Origin: Octopus vulgaris
Lineage: Eukaryota
Direction of reading: 5' to 3'
Assembly: GCA_951406725.2 (NCBI GenBank)
Contig: OX597814.1
Coordinates: 225,060,001 to 225,124,000, forward strand
DNA length: 64,000 bases
Shown: positions 1-14,006 of the stretch, piece after piece
Numbering within the stretch: the stretch's first letter is position 1
Layout: every line of letters begins with the position of its first letter
Position numbers and translations under genes: made by a program
The notes under the pieces: generated by a model
What the model was told of the DNA's origin: nothing
The model's database searches: none
The model's input: the letters and a program-made list of their open reading frames with translations, nothing else

Positions 1-280
1 GTATGTACATATACGTATGTATATATGCATATATGTATATATTATTTATATTATGATATATATATAGATATATATATGCAGATTAATATGTATATATATG
101 ATTGAAAATTTCAGGAAGAAACGAAAAATGTAGATAACTCAGCAATCTTAACTGGTAAAACAGGTAAACACAAAGTTTTATAAGTAACATGAGAACACTT
201 CCACGTGGGCTCCATTGGGTGCACGTGCACAGCACGTCTGGGCGATGCTGGATTTCTATTGTAATGATAATTTATGAACA

Positions 281-324
<44 letters not shown>

Positions 325-329
325 GTATG

Positions 330-366
<37 letters not shown>

Positions 367-846
367 ATATATATATATATTGTGTGTGTGTGTATATATA
401 TATGTGTGTGTATGTATTTGTGCGTGCGTATATATATATATATATATATACATACACACATACATACACACAAATATACACGTATATACATACATATATT
501 TATATGCATATATACATCTATATACACACATATGTATATACATATATATATATATATATACATATAGATATGTATACATATATGCACACATGCACACATT
601 CGCACACACCCTCATACACAAATGTATTTATATACATACGCATACATGTATACAAACCTACATATATACACATAGAAAATACATTACATTCAAATATACA
701 CATGATACACTCATGTAGTATATAATATGTGTACATACATACATGCGTACACACATACATTCCTACATACATACATAAATACATACATATATTTATGTAT
801 ACATACATACATACATACATACATGCATACATACATACATACATAC
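1..846. repeat. Compound (TA)n/(CA)n/(TACA)n microsatellite with a short unique insert at ~100-282
   Basis: Dinucleotide and tetranucleotide arrays are directly visible; the overlapping YI/HT/CV ORFs are artefacts. Confidence 0.95.
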
Positions 847-1077
847 AAGGAATTGCGTGTGATTATTAGAAATGCAAATTAGCACAATCGAGTAAAAACG
901 CAAGCATTTAAAAACTTCGGAACATCTGTTTCAAAAATTTGAGACTTAATTTTATATACATTGTAACAGCTGTCAACATCTGCAAACTTATTTCCTCTAT
1001 GCTACTTTTTAATTTATTAGATTGTCTTCATTAAATTCTTAAAACATATACATCCTATTATTTGTTTTTGAAGTTAC

Positions 1078-1188
1078 CGAATACAATGTTCAAATTACTG
1101 AAGAAGGAATAACAGTTATAATGAGTACCAAAAGAAGCAGCTGTTTGAAAGTCTTCTCTGCAATATGGACTCTTCAGAAGTGTTATTC
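1078..1188 (-). CDS. Candidate internal exon (phase 1-1, GITLLKSPYCREDFQTAASFGTHYNCYSFFSNLNIVF), product unknown
   Basis: Minus-strand acceptor ttcttttgtcag, donor G|gtaact, 111 bp open frame; no recognised homology. Confidence 0.2.
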
Positions 1189-1986
1189 CTGACAAAAGAA
1201 CTGTGAATTCCATTAACGAAACCAAAAACCAGTACAAGTGGTGAGAAATTTTACCCCTTAAAAATAAGAACACTTCCACTGAAGGCTTTTACGTTGTTTC
1301 CGTTTAACAAATTCAGCTTACAAAGCATTCGTTTACTCGAGTCTACGTTTGAGGACGCCTACCCATGGTGTTGTATTGTAGGATTAAAACTCCAAACCAT
1401 GTTGTTAAGAAAAAATTGATGTTACTAATCAGAAAACTATAATTCGGTGTGGATTAGAAATTTAAAGATAAGTTGCTGGACTGAAATTTGGGAAATTCCA
1501 GTGAAAAACCATACAAAATAACGTCCTTCTCAGTTAAAACATCGTAGAGTGAGAAGCAAATAAGACTTATCATACTGGGGAACTGATTAATTTAGACCAA
1601 TCAAAATCATTCCAAAGCTGACCATCACCAATAGAAATTTAATCTTCACTTTTGCAGTGTTCGGTTTGTTTGCCAACATTGAAAAATAAGCTATTACAAT
1701 CTTTCTCGCCTTTTATTCACTTTCTCGATAACCAGATAACTCAATATACATAAATTTCTTCGTTACCACTTACAGTCTATCAATTTTCGCCGTTTTCTCC
1801 CTCTGCAGTTGGTGAAAATTCACTTCCGTGAGTGATACGTTTCATGCGCTGTGTGTTCAGGACGTGCCCGAAGGTTCTCATTATCAGGTAAATATGATAA
1901 CTCAGACCCAAAATCATTATGGCAATAAAGAAAGCTACTTTTGAAAATACAATTGTCTCCTAGGTTTTTTCATGCTAAGGTATATT

Positions 1987-2359
1987 GTGGAAGCACTCCG
2001 TCGGTTTCGACGACGAGGGTTCCGGTTGATCCGAATCAACGGAACAGCTTGCTCGTGAAATTAACGTGTAAGTGGCTGAGCACTCCACAGACACGTGTAC
2101 CCTTAACGTAGTTCCCGGGGATATTCAGCGTGACACAGAGAGTGACAAGGCCGGCCCTTTGAAGTACAGGTACAACAGAAACAGGAAGTAAAAGTGAGAG
2201 AAAGTTGTGGTGAAAGAGTACAGCAGGGATCACCACCATCCCCTGCCGGAGCCTCGTGGAGCTTTTAGGTGTTTTCGCTCAATAAACACTCACAACGCCC
2301 GGTCTGGGAATCGAAACCGCGAGTCCGCTGCCCTAACCACTGGGCCATTGCGCCTCCAC
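1987..2359 (-). mobile_element. tRNA-derived SINE (group C, head H1, tail T1), full length
   Basis: Head ggaggcgcaatggcccagtggttagggcagcggactcgcggtttcgattccc with Pol III A/B-box-like motifs; TSD taaggtatatt at 1976-1986 and 2360-2370. Confidence 0.9.
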
Positions 2360-3098
2360 TAAGGTATATTACTACATTATTCAAAGAATGATGTTTTTCT
2401 TTTACTATCCTTATCCAACATACCTAATCTCCCCTAAAATCAGACATCAAGCATCTTGACAGAATACTCGATCCAGATACTTACGACGCAAGCCGGGATG
2501 TCTTAAAATGGCGATATCATCTCCGTATGCCGACTATCTTGCGCCCTAGATTGAAGAAATCGAAGAACCCGAAGTTGAAAGAAGTAAAAAGAGGCTAATA
2601 GATAAATGCAAATCGACATGTGTGGAGTTTGTGAGTCGTTTATTGTTAATATTGGTGTTATATTTTAGGGGAAGAGACCGATTAGCTGCCTCATCTATGG
2701 TGGCACATATCCAATGTCTCAATAGCAGCTTGGCTATCTGCTTCTGCTGTCACTGCAGTCGCTATTGCTGTAGTTGCTGCTGCCATTGCCGTTGTGGCTA
2801 TGGTGTCAACTGCAATCCAGTTCCATGTTCTCATGGACTCAGTTACAAATAATGTCCAGTATACACTTCGGTTTTCGCGATTGATTCCACAATAAAATAA
2901 CGGTGGACAAAATGTAGCTCTCAAAGCCACGATATGTAGTTATCAAGATAATATTGGATTGCAGTACTAGTTTTCTCTTTTTAAACAACTTTAACATCCT
3001 ACTAGCCAGGTTTTTTAAAATCCATTAACTACTAAAATGAAGACTCAATAAAAGTCTCCAATAAGCAGAGATTACAATCAATATACTTTACCGAGTAA

Positions 3099-3299
3099 GG
3101 TGGCGAGCTGGCAGAATCGTTAGGACGCCGGGCGAAATGCTTAGCGGTATTTCGTCTGCCGTTACGTTCTGAGTTCAAATTCCGCTGAGGTCGACTTTGC
3201 CTTTTATCCTTTCGGGGTCGATAAATTAAGTACTGGGGTTGATCTAATCGACTTGCGCCCTCCCTCAAAATTTCGGACCTTGTGCCTAGAGTAGAAAAG
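3099..3299 (+). mobile_element. tRNA-derived SINE group A, short-tail form
   Basis: ggtggcgagctggcagaatcg...gagttcaaattcc...gtcgactttgcc; 19-bp TSD aatatactttaccgagtaa at 3080-3098 and 3300-3318. Confidence 0.92.
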
Positions 3300-4268
3300 A
3301 ATATACTTTACCGAGTAAAATTGCGCAGAGGTATGTTATTATTTAAAAAACATATGTCGAGGTTTTTACTCTCTTATCATACAACTTGGTGAAACCCTGC
3401 AATAAATTAACCTGGATAAAATACAATATGCTAACCAGTAATACTTCAATTTAGATGAATTTATTAATAAGGATGTCATTTATTTTAATAAATAATTATT
3501 TCCAACTTAGGCACAAGCCCCCATATTGCCTCGGAAGGATATCATTTTCATTATCTGAGCATAATTATAAAATAACGTAACTAAGGCAGATTTCTAACAT
3601 CGCCACATGGTCGTACATCTTTGTAGAGATTACAGTTGAATGTAATGACCGGCTTATTTGACTGGTAGTTACTTTACCACTCTAAGAAGAATAAAAAGGC
3701 AAAGTCATCTCCGAAAGAATTCAAGAACATAAAGAAACAAAACTAAATAATAGAAGACATTATTGTTTCTGTTATTCATTACCTTATTTCTATTATAAGA
3801 GGTTTAATCCCAAATTTGTATTTTAATCTGAGAATCCACAAATTTGCTTTTCTTTAATCTCCAAACAAATACATAAATATCAGATAAATTCTTACTGAAT
3901 ATTTTATTTATTTCATCAATCATTTCTTATTCCTCCAAATAAGTGAATAAATAGCAATTAAAAGAATAATTTTTTTTTCTGACAAATTAATTCTTATAAT
4001 TCAAGTTTTTATTGTTTTGAAAAACGAACTTTTACAAATCATTTGAAAGAATATGAAACCCAATTACCATATTTTAGTCTAATTGTGTAATCTCTTTTAC
4101 ATTTCTTCTTTATATTTTCAGTTTCTTTCAAATGTTTTCTCACTTAGACAACATTATTGTATGCTATCAGTAACTTTAAGTATAATTTTCTATTTGCTTT
4201 CAAGATCTAAGTTATTATTTCCCTTGCTGTTTGTTTTCATAAAACATTCAAATATAAAGCACAACAAA

Positions 4269-4309
<41 letters not shown>

Positions 4310-4360
4310 ACCCATACAGAGGGAGAGAGAGGGGAGAGACAGACAAACGGAGAGAATATC

Positions 4361-4590
4361 TGTTTCTTTATTACCCACAAGGGGCTAAACAGAGGAGACA
4401 AACAAGAACAGACAAACGGATTACGTCGATTAGATCGACCCAGTGCGTAACTGGTACTTAATTTATCGACCCCGAAAGGATGAAAGGCAAAGTCAACCTC
4501 GGCGGAATTTGAACTCAGAACGTAACGGCAGACGAAATACGGCTACGCATTTCGCCCGGCATGCTAACGTTTCTGCCAGTTCGCCGCCCT
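4361..4590 (-). mobile_element. SINE group A, long-tail form
   Basis: Reverse complement of the group A consensus; 18-bp TSD acaaacggagagaatatc at 4343-4360 and 4591-4608. Confidence 0.92.
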
Positions 4591-5439
4591 ACAAACGGAG
4601 AGAATATCATGAACCAAATGACTAACTGTAAGTTCTATTTAGTAGTGAATGTTGCAAACATGAATATAAACATAGCAAAACGTATTTATTAACACTGACT
4701 GAAAAACGATGAAAATATTCTAATATATGAAAAATGATTTGAGAACTGTAAGTTGTAATGATGAATGTATTACAAAAATAAATAAAATCGTTGCTGATGA
4801 CAACATATTCATCAAAATTAAGAAAGTCAACCCTGCTCAACTAAAAATTAAACTGATTAGACTGAATAAACTGAATAACTTGATTAATGCCACAAACTTC
4901 CAAATAGATTTTATTCTTTTTCTAACACATAGAAAGAGAACTAAGCCTTGCATTCACTTATAACACTATTAAAACGCACAGATCTTATCTGCCGCCTAAA
5001 ATCTCTCAAATCAATGCAACTACTTGTAGAATTGCCGAAAAAGAAAAGCAGATACCATTATAAAGAAGTACGTACTATACAGATGCAGAATACAATCATC
5101 AAATAAATTCCTAGAAATTCTACTAGCAACTGAGCGCTGATTACATTTCCATGGTGGATGTAGGAAATTCCTTTCACCCTCGTCCCAGTAAAGGAAACTA
5201 TAAACTTAACCCTGGATAATGTGTGCACACACCACATCATAAAACCACCTGTCGTAACCAGAAACACGCAAAAGTTACTGTTGCTTGCACATCTTAAGTG
5301 CTTTTCTGTAGCTCACAAGTTTGTCTTCCAGATACCAATTATTCATTTCATGATAAAATAAAAAGGTTTAGGTATTGATTAATGAATGTTTACAGGTTGA
5401 TTGCTATATTTATTGGCAATATTTTAAGTAATTTTTTTT

Positions 5440-5595
5440 TTACGTTCTTAGTTCAAATCCTGCCGAAGTCGACTTTGCCTGTCATCCTTTTAGGGCCGAT
5501 AAAATAACTATCTGTAGAGCAACTGGGATCGATGCAATAGATTTACCACTCCCCACCGAACTTGCTGGCGTTGTGTCAAAGTTTGAAGTCAATAT
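5440..5595 (+). mobile_element. Partial SINE group A
   Basis: gttcaaatcctgccgaagtcgactttgcctgtcatcctttt core. Confidence 0.75.
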
Positions 5596-5699
5596 TTTAC
5601 ATATGTTTACAATTCATAATTGTCACCCTTTACTTTCATCAAACTATTGGATTTTTTCTCAACTGAAGTACATACTTTATTATGTTAATGGATAAATAA

Positions 5700-6550
5700 A
5701 TATGCTGCGCCCGGTATAACATTTGGAAAACGGTTCTGAGTTCCTCACTTGGACTGCATCATCGACGTTGAAAACAAAGCCGTTCCTAAACAAAACTACA
5801 CAACTTTCATCAAATATATATTGATGAAGTATTCATAGTAACAGATACAGAAAGATAAGACTTATAGATTTGCTGACCACAATATTCTTCGATATAAATG
5901 TAGTAAATAAGGAACAATATCTACGGTACCTTACTTTACACTAAAAGAACACAAATATACGCTTATATGTGCACAGTGATAGTCAGTGTCCCTAGAGATA
6001 TAAAATATGTATTGACAAATCCCTTTCAAGCGAGTTTTTCATTGTTCATTCCCTAAAGAAGCCGTAAACAAGAACATCTTTGAAGAAAAGCACGTAAGCT
6101 AACAATGATAACCCAGAACAATTTAATGGACCAGGCCATAGAACAATACAAGAACAAATTCATCCACACTGATATGAGATATACAGGGTTCACTAAAAAT
6201 ACATAAACCACACATATCGTATACTACAAGAGTCAGATGCATTATTTTTATAAGATGGTTGAACGTCATAAAAAATGCAAAGATCTCATAAAACAGATCA
6301 TATGTATCACGCCTAAACAGAGACCATTGAATATATCACTATTACATCAAATTGAAGATTATTCTCATCAGTACGATACTAGCGAGCCACACAACGCAAC
6401 TCGGACAAGGAACATTAGAGATGCAATGCCTCCAGTTGTTACGTCGGATACCGGATGCACAATTATGACATTTGCTATCTATCTGGCGTTTACAAGGAAA
6501 CATCACGACTTATTATAACGCAGTACACGGAATGAAATTAATCTGTGAAA
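5700..6550 (+). mobile_element. Highly decayed Penelope-like retroelement ORF
   Basis: KYIDEVFIV resembles the RT RYxDD motif; HYFYKMVERHKKCKDLIKQII resembles a PLE linker; many stops. Confidence 0.35.
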
Positions 6551-7394
6551 CAGAATTTTGTAATAAACAAACAAGTGACTCTCTGTGACGCCTCAGTATG
6601 ACGGAATGACCAACTCCTTTCTGGTTTTCGAGCTTGCCTCTAAGTCAACGTGCGAACGTCCAAGCTAGTTTTCAACCGTTTCAAATCTCCTTACGAAGTT
6701 TATATAAAAGAAGCTCGCTTCGACATATCATCTTGACTCACTCCAGGCAGAGAACAGCAAAATTGACCTTAAAAAGAAAAAAAAAATAATAATCTAAACA
6801 AATTTTATATCGGTCTCTCTATTTATCAAGGCTCTTCAAGCACTATGCTGAGAAAGTGACAGTCCATTCATGCGCACCTTGTTCCAGAAAAGACAACGTA
6901 AATTTGAGAAATAAACCTAAGTTTAGGAAGGAAAATAGACTCTACTGTAACAATGGTCGAATCTAGAATGATTTCAATGATTAAAACTTGTCAGAATCCT
7001 GCTACAACCCCAGGCACATATTCAGGAGGTTAATTTGGGCGGCGTGGGGTGAGTGTTAAGCTGCCTGCCTCAGTACGTCGGTAGTATTCCTTTCCACTTG
7101 AGTAGACCGTAATAAAATGAAATGAAGTGCATTTCTCAAGAATGGAACCAAAGATCTTAAAAAGTAAGCCGAGCACTCCTAACTACTTAGTCACGCACAT
7201 TCGTACTACGATGATGTAATATTTTTAGCAATACAATATCATTATATAAAAATAAACTATAATGAATAATTTAGTTAAATTAAAACATGGTTAAACCAAC
7301 AAAAGCATTTATAGGGTGTTTTATCACGAACTTCAACTAAAAACAACGACAGATTTTTATCCGGCTATAGCTAGGAATAATGTCATTTCTATTT

Positions 7395-7573
7395 CTAGAT
7401 CCATTTACAAATTAAATGCAACATAAATGCAATTACCAAAAACACATAAGAAATCAAAATTTTTATGTTTTCCCCCTTAACGTATTCTTTCATGCTATAC
7501 ACTTTTGAAATGGCTTCTCTCCCGGAATTATTTGCAACATCTGACATTGTGGGTAAACTGATTTTACTCATTC
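7395..7573 (-). CDS. Candidate terminal exon ending in a hydrophobic C-terminal segment
   Basis: Acceptor catttccgtag, open frame to ...ILISYVFLVIAFMLHLICKWI*; no recognised homology. Confidence 0.2.
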
Positions 7574-8303
7574 CTACGGAAATGCACCGAGAATATGAAA
7601 TGATATAATAATATATAAAGACAGAATTGCCCAAGATCTTAATGTCAGCACGCGAAAGAGAAATAACATTCTTAATTTTAAATAATATCTGATCTTTATA
7701 GTAGGAGTAATTTAATGGATTTTATAGCCGGAGAAAAAGATTTTTATGGAAATGTCTGTGTCAAATGATGATATGCAAAAGTGTATAGATCATGAATTCG
7801 TATCCAGCTACAGGCGAAGCGCTTGACATTTAAGTAGGATATTAAGTTACCACTCCTCAGTTTATCGCATAAGGTAACTGAATTTATGCAAGTGATTGGA
7901 GTTTCACACATATATTCCACTGTAACCAAAGTAAATTAGCGGCGGTCTTGAAACCTATGTCCTGTTATTATCAATATTGTATTTGTATTTGCGTAACATT
8001 GTCCGTTTTTTTCCGTCTCTGTTTTTGTATACATTCGCTGCTTTCTTCCAAAGAATCTAAGCTTAGTTTTTCCTTCGGGCTGGCCAGATTGGAGCAATCT
8101 CAAGTATAATCAACCAAAATTGCGAGGATAAGCTGGTGCTTGACCGAGGAAAGAAAACTTCGAATGACCCTGTCCTTGTTTTCTTTGAATCGTCTATCTG
8201 GCAGAATCGTTAGCATGGCGTGCAAAATACCTAGAGGTATTTCGTCCATCTTTACACTCGGAGTTCAAATGCCACCGGGGTCAATATATATATATATATA
8301 GGT

Positions 8304-8356
<53 letters not shown>

Positions 8357-8559
8357 ACTCTCTCTCCCTCTTTCCCTTCAGTGATTGCCATTACACTTTT
8401 TGTAGGTAGGTTACAATCTACTGCATACCTCTTCTATACACACACGCGCGTGCGCTCGTGGGATTTCGTAATGGGATTTCAAAACTGTTGATGTAACTTG
8501 CAACACTACACAGTTCATACTCATGTTGAATAAGAGAACAAGTAATAACGTTTACATAC

Positions 8560-8755
8560 AGTTTAGCGGAGTTTGATGTGGCTTCCACTTCTCCTACACA
8601 CATCTGACCGATACTCCAGTTCTTACCGCACACAACGAGCATCAGGTGTAACAGACTGAGCAGCATCCTTGATTCTCTTCTTCAGATGCTTAATACCGGT
8701 AACAGGCACACTGTACGCGCCTTGCCTGACATAGCGCCAGAGGTAAGAATCTCGA
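8560..8755 (-). mobile_element. Tc1/mariner-superfamily transposase C-terminal fossil
   Basis: SYLWRYVRQGAYSVPVTGIKHLKKRIKDAAQSVTPD...ELEYRSDVC...GSHIKL matches the post-catalytic FFLWGYVK...LKxRI...GxHxE pattern. Confidence 0.7.
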
Positions 8756-9171
8756 TACAGAGTAAATGTGTACGTGTTATATATATAATTAAGTAAGTTT
8801 GAGTCAACAAGGAGTACAGAGGAACATTTATTTGTAATCACTATAATTGCTTTCACGCAATGTAGTTCTCCACGTTCGCAAGTATTTATTTAGGCAATCG
8901 CTTCCCTGCATTGTCGTAAGATCCTGTGTCTCTGGGTGAAATCTGAAGGCGCACGAACTTTATACTGAACTCATCTACGTTCTTAAAAAATATAACCTAA
9001 TGATATATATATATTATATACTTTGGGTATGGTAGATGAGTTTATCAACAATTTAGATTCAGATGAGTATGGTACTTAAGTTGAGGCACAAGAATTTAGT
9101 ACGGTAATATCCATATAATTACAAAGTAAGGTGTTTAAAATCAAACTAAGCCGCATGGATATCAAGACGTA

Positions 9172-9260
9172 ATGCAGTACGATCGTTTCGTGCAACTCCA
9201 TTTAATTGAAAAATGCAATCATTACATCTATTTAAAATGTTGAGCAATCTTCAGCTGCAC
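9172..9260 (-). ncRNA. Type I hammerhead ribozyme (near-canonical)
   Basis: gtgcag CTGAAGA ttgc...gcac GAAA cgatcg TA ctgcat; stem I 6 bp with one G-U; palindrome ACGATCGT; first stem II pair mismatched. Confidence 0.7.
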
Positions 9261-10562
9261 AAAGACATAGAATTTAATTACATTAGAACAGATGGACACA
9301 TATAGATAGATATGTATCTATATGTATCTATATATGTATATTTACATACAAGCATATAAACATGTATATGTAATTAGATATATAATTACATTCACTGCAT
9401 CAGTAGCACCAAGATTCCACGCTAAATCCTCTACAGCTAACTCAGTACCAGGAAAAGATCATGTGTCTGCTTCATTCGACTCTACAAACTGAGACAGACG
9501 AACACTGACATTGATCCTGGATCCTGAACAATGTGGCATCTCATCTTCAAGATTGGCGGAGAACTTTATGAGAGAATAAACATTTACAACTAGAGATCTG
9601 CCAACTCCAACGAAGGTATCCACTGCCCATCAAATGTGACTTTTGTGGGCAATTGTTGTTTGCAAACATCTGCGTTACCTGTCATTAGAGGAACTACAAA
9701 CAAAGAAAAATATATTCGGAAACGTGTAGGAATCGATGACGACCAGGGATGCTGATATTGAATAAAAAAAATTCTGATAACCACTCCACCAAATTTTTTA
9801 GATAATTTTATCTAGAATATGAAAGAGAGTACTCAATAACAAATGCCGCAGTGCTTACTAAATAATATCTACAACCTAATTTAAATTCTCAATGGAATCC
9901 AATTTATTTGCCTTCTGTCGCTTTGAATGTCATTCATAAAAAGTATAAACGTCAGAGTTTCAGTTATTTTTTAAGTACTTTTCTCAAACTCATATATTTC
10001 CTATCCTCAAATCCATTCTTAATCAATAGATTTAGAAAGCGTTAGTCTCTTCCACTAGACTGAATGTTTCTTTGTCACATCATGAAAAGTGATAAAAGTC
10101 TTCAATAATACCTCCCCCAATGATTCAATAGTTTACGAGATATTAACACGCACAATTGGCTTTCCTCTATTAAACTGCAGTGGCATAACTACACAATTTA
10201 CATTTCAAAACAATTCTATTGAATTTCATTGACTATAGCAGTCAAATATCGATACACATAGTCGCCTAAGAAAATGTTGATTATTTATTTTTTTTCACTA
10301 ATCCATTTACATTACAGTTATAAATATTGATTTCAAAACTTCGACAAAAACTCATACAGCTGAAGGAAAGAGGAACATTCAACTAAATCGTTTCTCGTCC
10401 ATTTTTAGTACATTTTACTTGACAGTGGAGTGGTGTACAGCAATGTTAATACCAACAGGATTCGAACTCATTACATAATGAAGTATAGATAAACACGGAC
10501 GGGCATTTGCTATCGTTCTCTATCGTTTATTACATTCAAGTTATAAATTTTAATATTCACTC

Positions 10563-10700
10563 ATTATAATCCCGCCGAGGTCCACTTTGCCGTTCATCCT
10601 TTCGAGGTCGATAAATGAAGTACCAGTTGAGAATTGGGGTCGATGTAATCGACTTATTCCTTCACCCGAAACCACTGGACTTGTGCCAAAATTTGAAATC
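10563..10700 (+). mobile_element. 5'-truncated SINE group A
   Basis: Core ccgccgaggtccactttgccgttcatcctttcg; TSD aatattcactc at 10552-10562 and 10701-10711. Confidence 0.8.
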
Positions 10701-10860
10701 AATATTCACTCCTTAGAGGTTAATGTTTATGAGTGACTGATGATAATCAATAAAGAAAGAAACACTGAAATACAAATAGTCACGCTGACACATCGCTACT
10801 ATTTGTATTTCTGAGCAACAATTATCATGAATGTAGTTCGACATGTCACAGACGTTTCAC

Positions 10861-10927
<67 letters not shown>

Positions 10928-13204
10928 GGAGGGAGATGGCAAAGGATTGACATAACGTGCCGCCTACGTCTTTCTGGCCATTATTGACGACCTAAGTAAA
11001 TTTATTGAATCGACTGCACCTGTGATTCGAAACTCGATCACGATCCATAACAGTTGACAGTATGCTTCCTCCTCTATGAATTTCATTGCACGACAAGTAC
11101 AGTGATGAACAGAAAATCACTGTGAACTGCATCAAATTCTTCGCTTATTATAATTCAATGATTTACTATCATTCAAAGTAATTGGTTAACTTAGACGTTC
11201 ACCATCAATTCTTGTGTAATTATATTCTTCTTATCACATCCATCAGTTACTCAACGTTTTATACATATATATTTTTCAATTTCTTACTCATTAACACACA
11301 TTGTTACTCCGTTTTTTTATTCTTATAAATTCACTTAAAGTGAATTCATTTTAATTGTTTTAATAAGTAAAGTACATCAGAAGATCATTACCAGGATTTC
11401 AGAAACACTTCTGTTTCATTAAGCCATTATAGTTAAATTACGTAACTCAGTTTGTGTCATGGTGATATAGCTAAAATGTTGCAATCCAATTAGCTCTGAT
11501 TTAAAGTAGAGCTAAAATTAAAGAAAAAAAATTGCAAGTTGCTTATTCTGTAAAAGATACACAAATTAAAGAACCAAATGCAATTTTTCCTCTTCTTTCA
11601 ACATAAAGGGTGCATAGAACATTCTTGATACTTTCCTTTCGTTGTTTCTCTAATTCCTATTCATAAATACCTTTAAAAGAAAAACACAGGTTATCGAACA
11701 AATGCGGAAACGTACTAACGCAAATAATAAAAAGTAAATATCAAGCACACGTATGTTGCCTAAGCATGCATTAATATTGATCTCTGCTTTTATCACTATG
11801 TCGCAACATTCTAAGAGAGGATTGCAATTAAATGATATTTAATGGTATTTATTTTATAAACCCGGAAACATGAGGGGCAATTTGATCCCTGATAATATTA
11901 AATACTTTGAAATCTTTCTTTGTTCAGTGCTTTATGGATTGTACCATCTGCCACCACCTTTAGATATGCTAATATCATTGTAACGAGGTTATACATTTGG
12001 AAGAGGCTTATAGTTCATCAGATCAGCCTAGAAATTGGTTAGTACATTATTCTATGAACATCAAAAGGGGGCGATTTTAAGCTAAATCCCGCGAGCTCAT
12101 CTTTTCCTTTCATTTTCTTCCGGGGTCAATAAATAAACATGACAATCAAAATTCTGAGGAATTCTGTCTATTATTTTATATGTGGGGATAAGTTTGCTTC
12201 GTTGTGTAAAATATAAGTTTCTTGCGAAACCAAACCGTAATAATGTTTCGATTCTCAGTTTTAACTAGTTGGAAAGAATTCGAGCTCAGAATGTAGAAGG
12301 ACTAAATTAAAAAGCACAACTTGCTACGGTATTTTTCCATACCATTATCTGTATTTATAATAATTAATGCTAACTTCTTAAATGAACTAACTACAATTGT
12401 AAAGTGATGGAATAAATCAATTGTGGTATTTATCTTCATCTTTCTCGTTTTAAATTCCACCGAAATCAAAATTAGAAGAGTCGTTAGAGCCTTGGAAATA
12501 ATTACCTGTACGAGATTTGTTCCGATTTCCTACGCTCTGATTTCAAATCCAAGTGAGGTTGACTTTGCCTTTCACTTTTTCAGGGTCGAAAATGATGAAT
12601 TAATCCAGGACATTGGACCGGAGGGATTGTTTCGAGTGTCGTATAGAATATCTGTTCCGTTATTTTATATTCTCATGTCAAAATCCTATCATTTAGTTAA
12701 CTAACATCTTCCGGATGGACTAAGACTGATAAAAACCCCTGTAACAAAGGCACCGAACTCAAGAGTGTATACATGCTTAGTGAGAGGAACCATATAAGAG
12801 TACAGTTGAAAAACTCTTCTTTAACATAAACTTGAGTTTCTTTTACAAATGTCATTCATTTATATATATTAATTGATAAGAGCGAAGTGGTGGTTGTTAA
12901 ATCTATCGCCATCAGTTCTAAGGAATGGCGTAGAGTGGATTTTGACTGCTCCGTGCAGTGGCCAAAATGGCCTACTTCTTCTTTGCATTTAACATACTAC
13001 AGCAACCACAAATATATAAAGTGGCCACCCTGTTCCTTCCTCATACACCGTTTACCCCCACGCTACATCACTGGTACTAACTGCATACAAGTATTCACTT
13101 CTTACTGCCCTCGTTCCAACGTGAGATCAGACCAAATCAAATTCTGTCCTTCTTCCGAGGATCAGCAAGTAAGTACGGTTATCATTATTCAAAGTTCAGT
13201 CATA

Positions 13205-13420
13205 ATGCTGCGAAGCTGCAGGCTCGCTATCACGCCCGACAAAATGCTCAGTGGCATTTCGTCCCCCTTTACCATTTGAGGTCAAATTCCGCCGAGGTCC
13301 ATGTTGTCCTTCATCCTTTCAGGGTCCATAAAATAAGTACCAGTTGAGGACAGGGGTCGATGTGATCGATATACCCTCTCCCCACACAATGGTGGCTTTG
13401 AGCCAAAATTTGAAACAATT
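13205..13420 (+). mobile_element. Diverged SINE group A
   Basis: Recognisable head, core and short tail. Confidence 0.75.
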
Positions 13421-14006
13421 ATTAAAATTATCTATAGACTGTACTCTCTTGTCAAAGAAACTAAATATTGTTAACTCAAGGGGTCATCGTCATTTATTAT
13501 GCATTAAGTCCCATGATAGATATGGATATATAAATGCAAATTGTATTTAAATATTAATCAATTCATTAAGACTAATCTTAATACACAGAAATGAATATGT
13601 GTGTGTGCGTGTGACAGTATGTTCCAAGCTGCAGACATCTCGGTAGTTGTATTTGCATAGAGGCATATCTTTTCCGGGAGATTGTTATCGACCGAATGAG
13701 TTCTGGGGAAATGAAATAAGAATATAGTATACCATTTTGTACTGCAATACAAACTACCAAAAGTTCTGATTAGAAAACTAATCAGAGTAATTTTGTAAAT
13801 TAGTACATTGTTTTCAGAAAAAAAAAAGCTCCAGAAAATGAAATGTAGAATGCAAGAGTAAGATTTTACTTGAAATTCTGTATTTGTTTAATCAATTATG
13901 AAGGCTGACTTAAGATATTTATGTCCGCAAACCAAGAAATTGACACCTGATGTTGGTCGCTGCTCAAACTACCTGAAACATAGCGCTGATGTAAATATTA
14001 AAATTT

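Noticed and set aside
111-844. Long YI/HT/CV-rich ORFs here and at 39405-39879, 44617-47197 and elsewhere
   Set aside because: Translations of stop-free microsatellites
3099-3190. tRNA-like A/B boxes
   Set aside because: SINE heads followed by SINE body and TSD; no complete cloverleaf
4443-4625. Recurrent peptide MRNWYLIYRPRKDERQS (also 51631, 56264)
   Set aside because: Antisense translation of SINE A, not a gene family
10730-10785. CTGATGA...GAAA motif
   Set aside because: No stem II or stem III; likely chance
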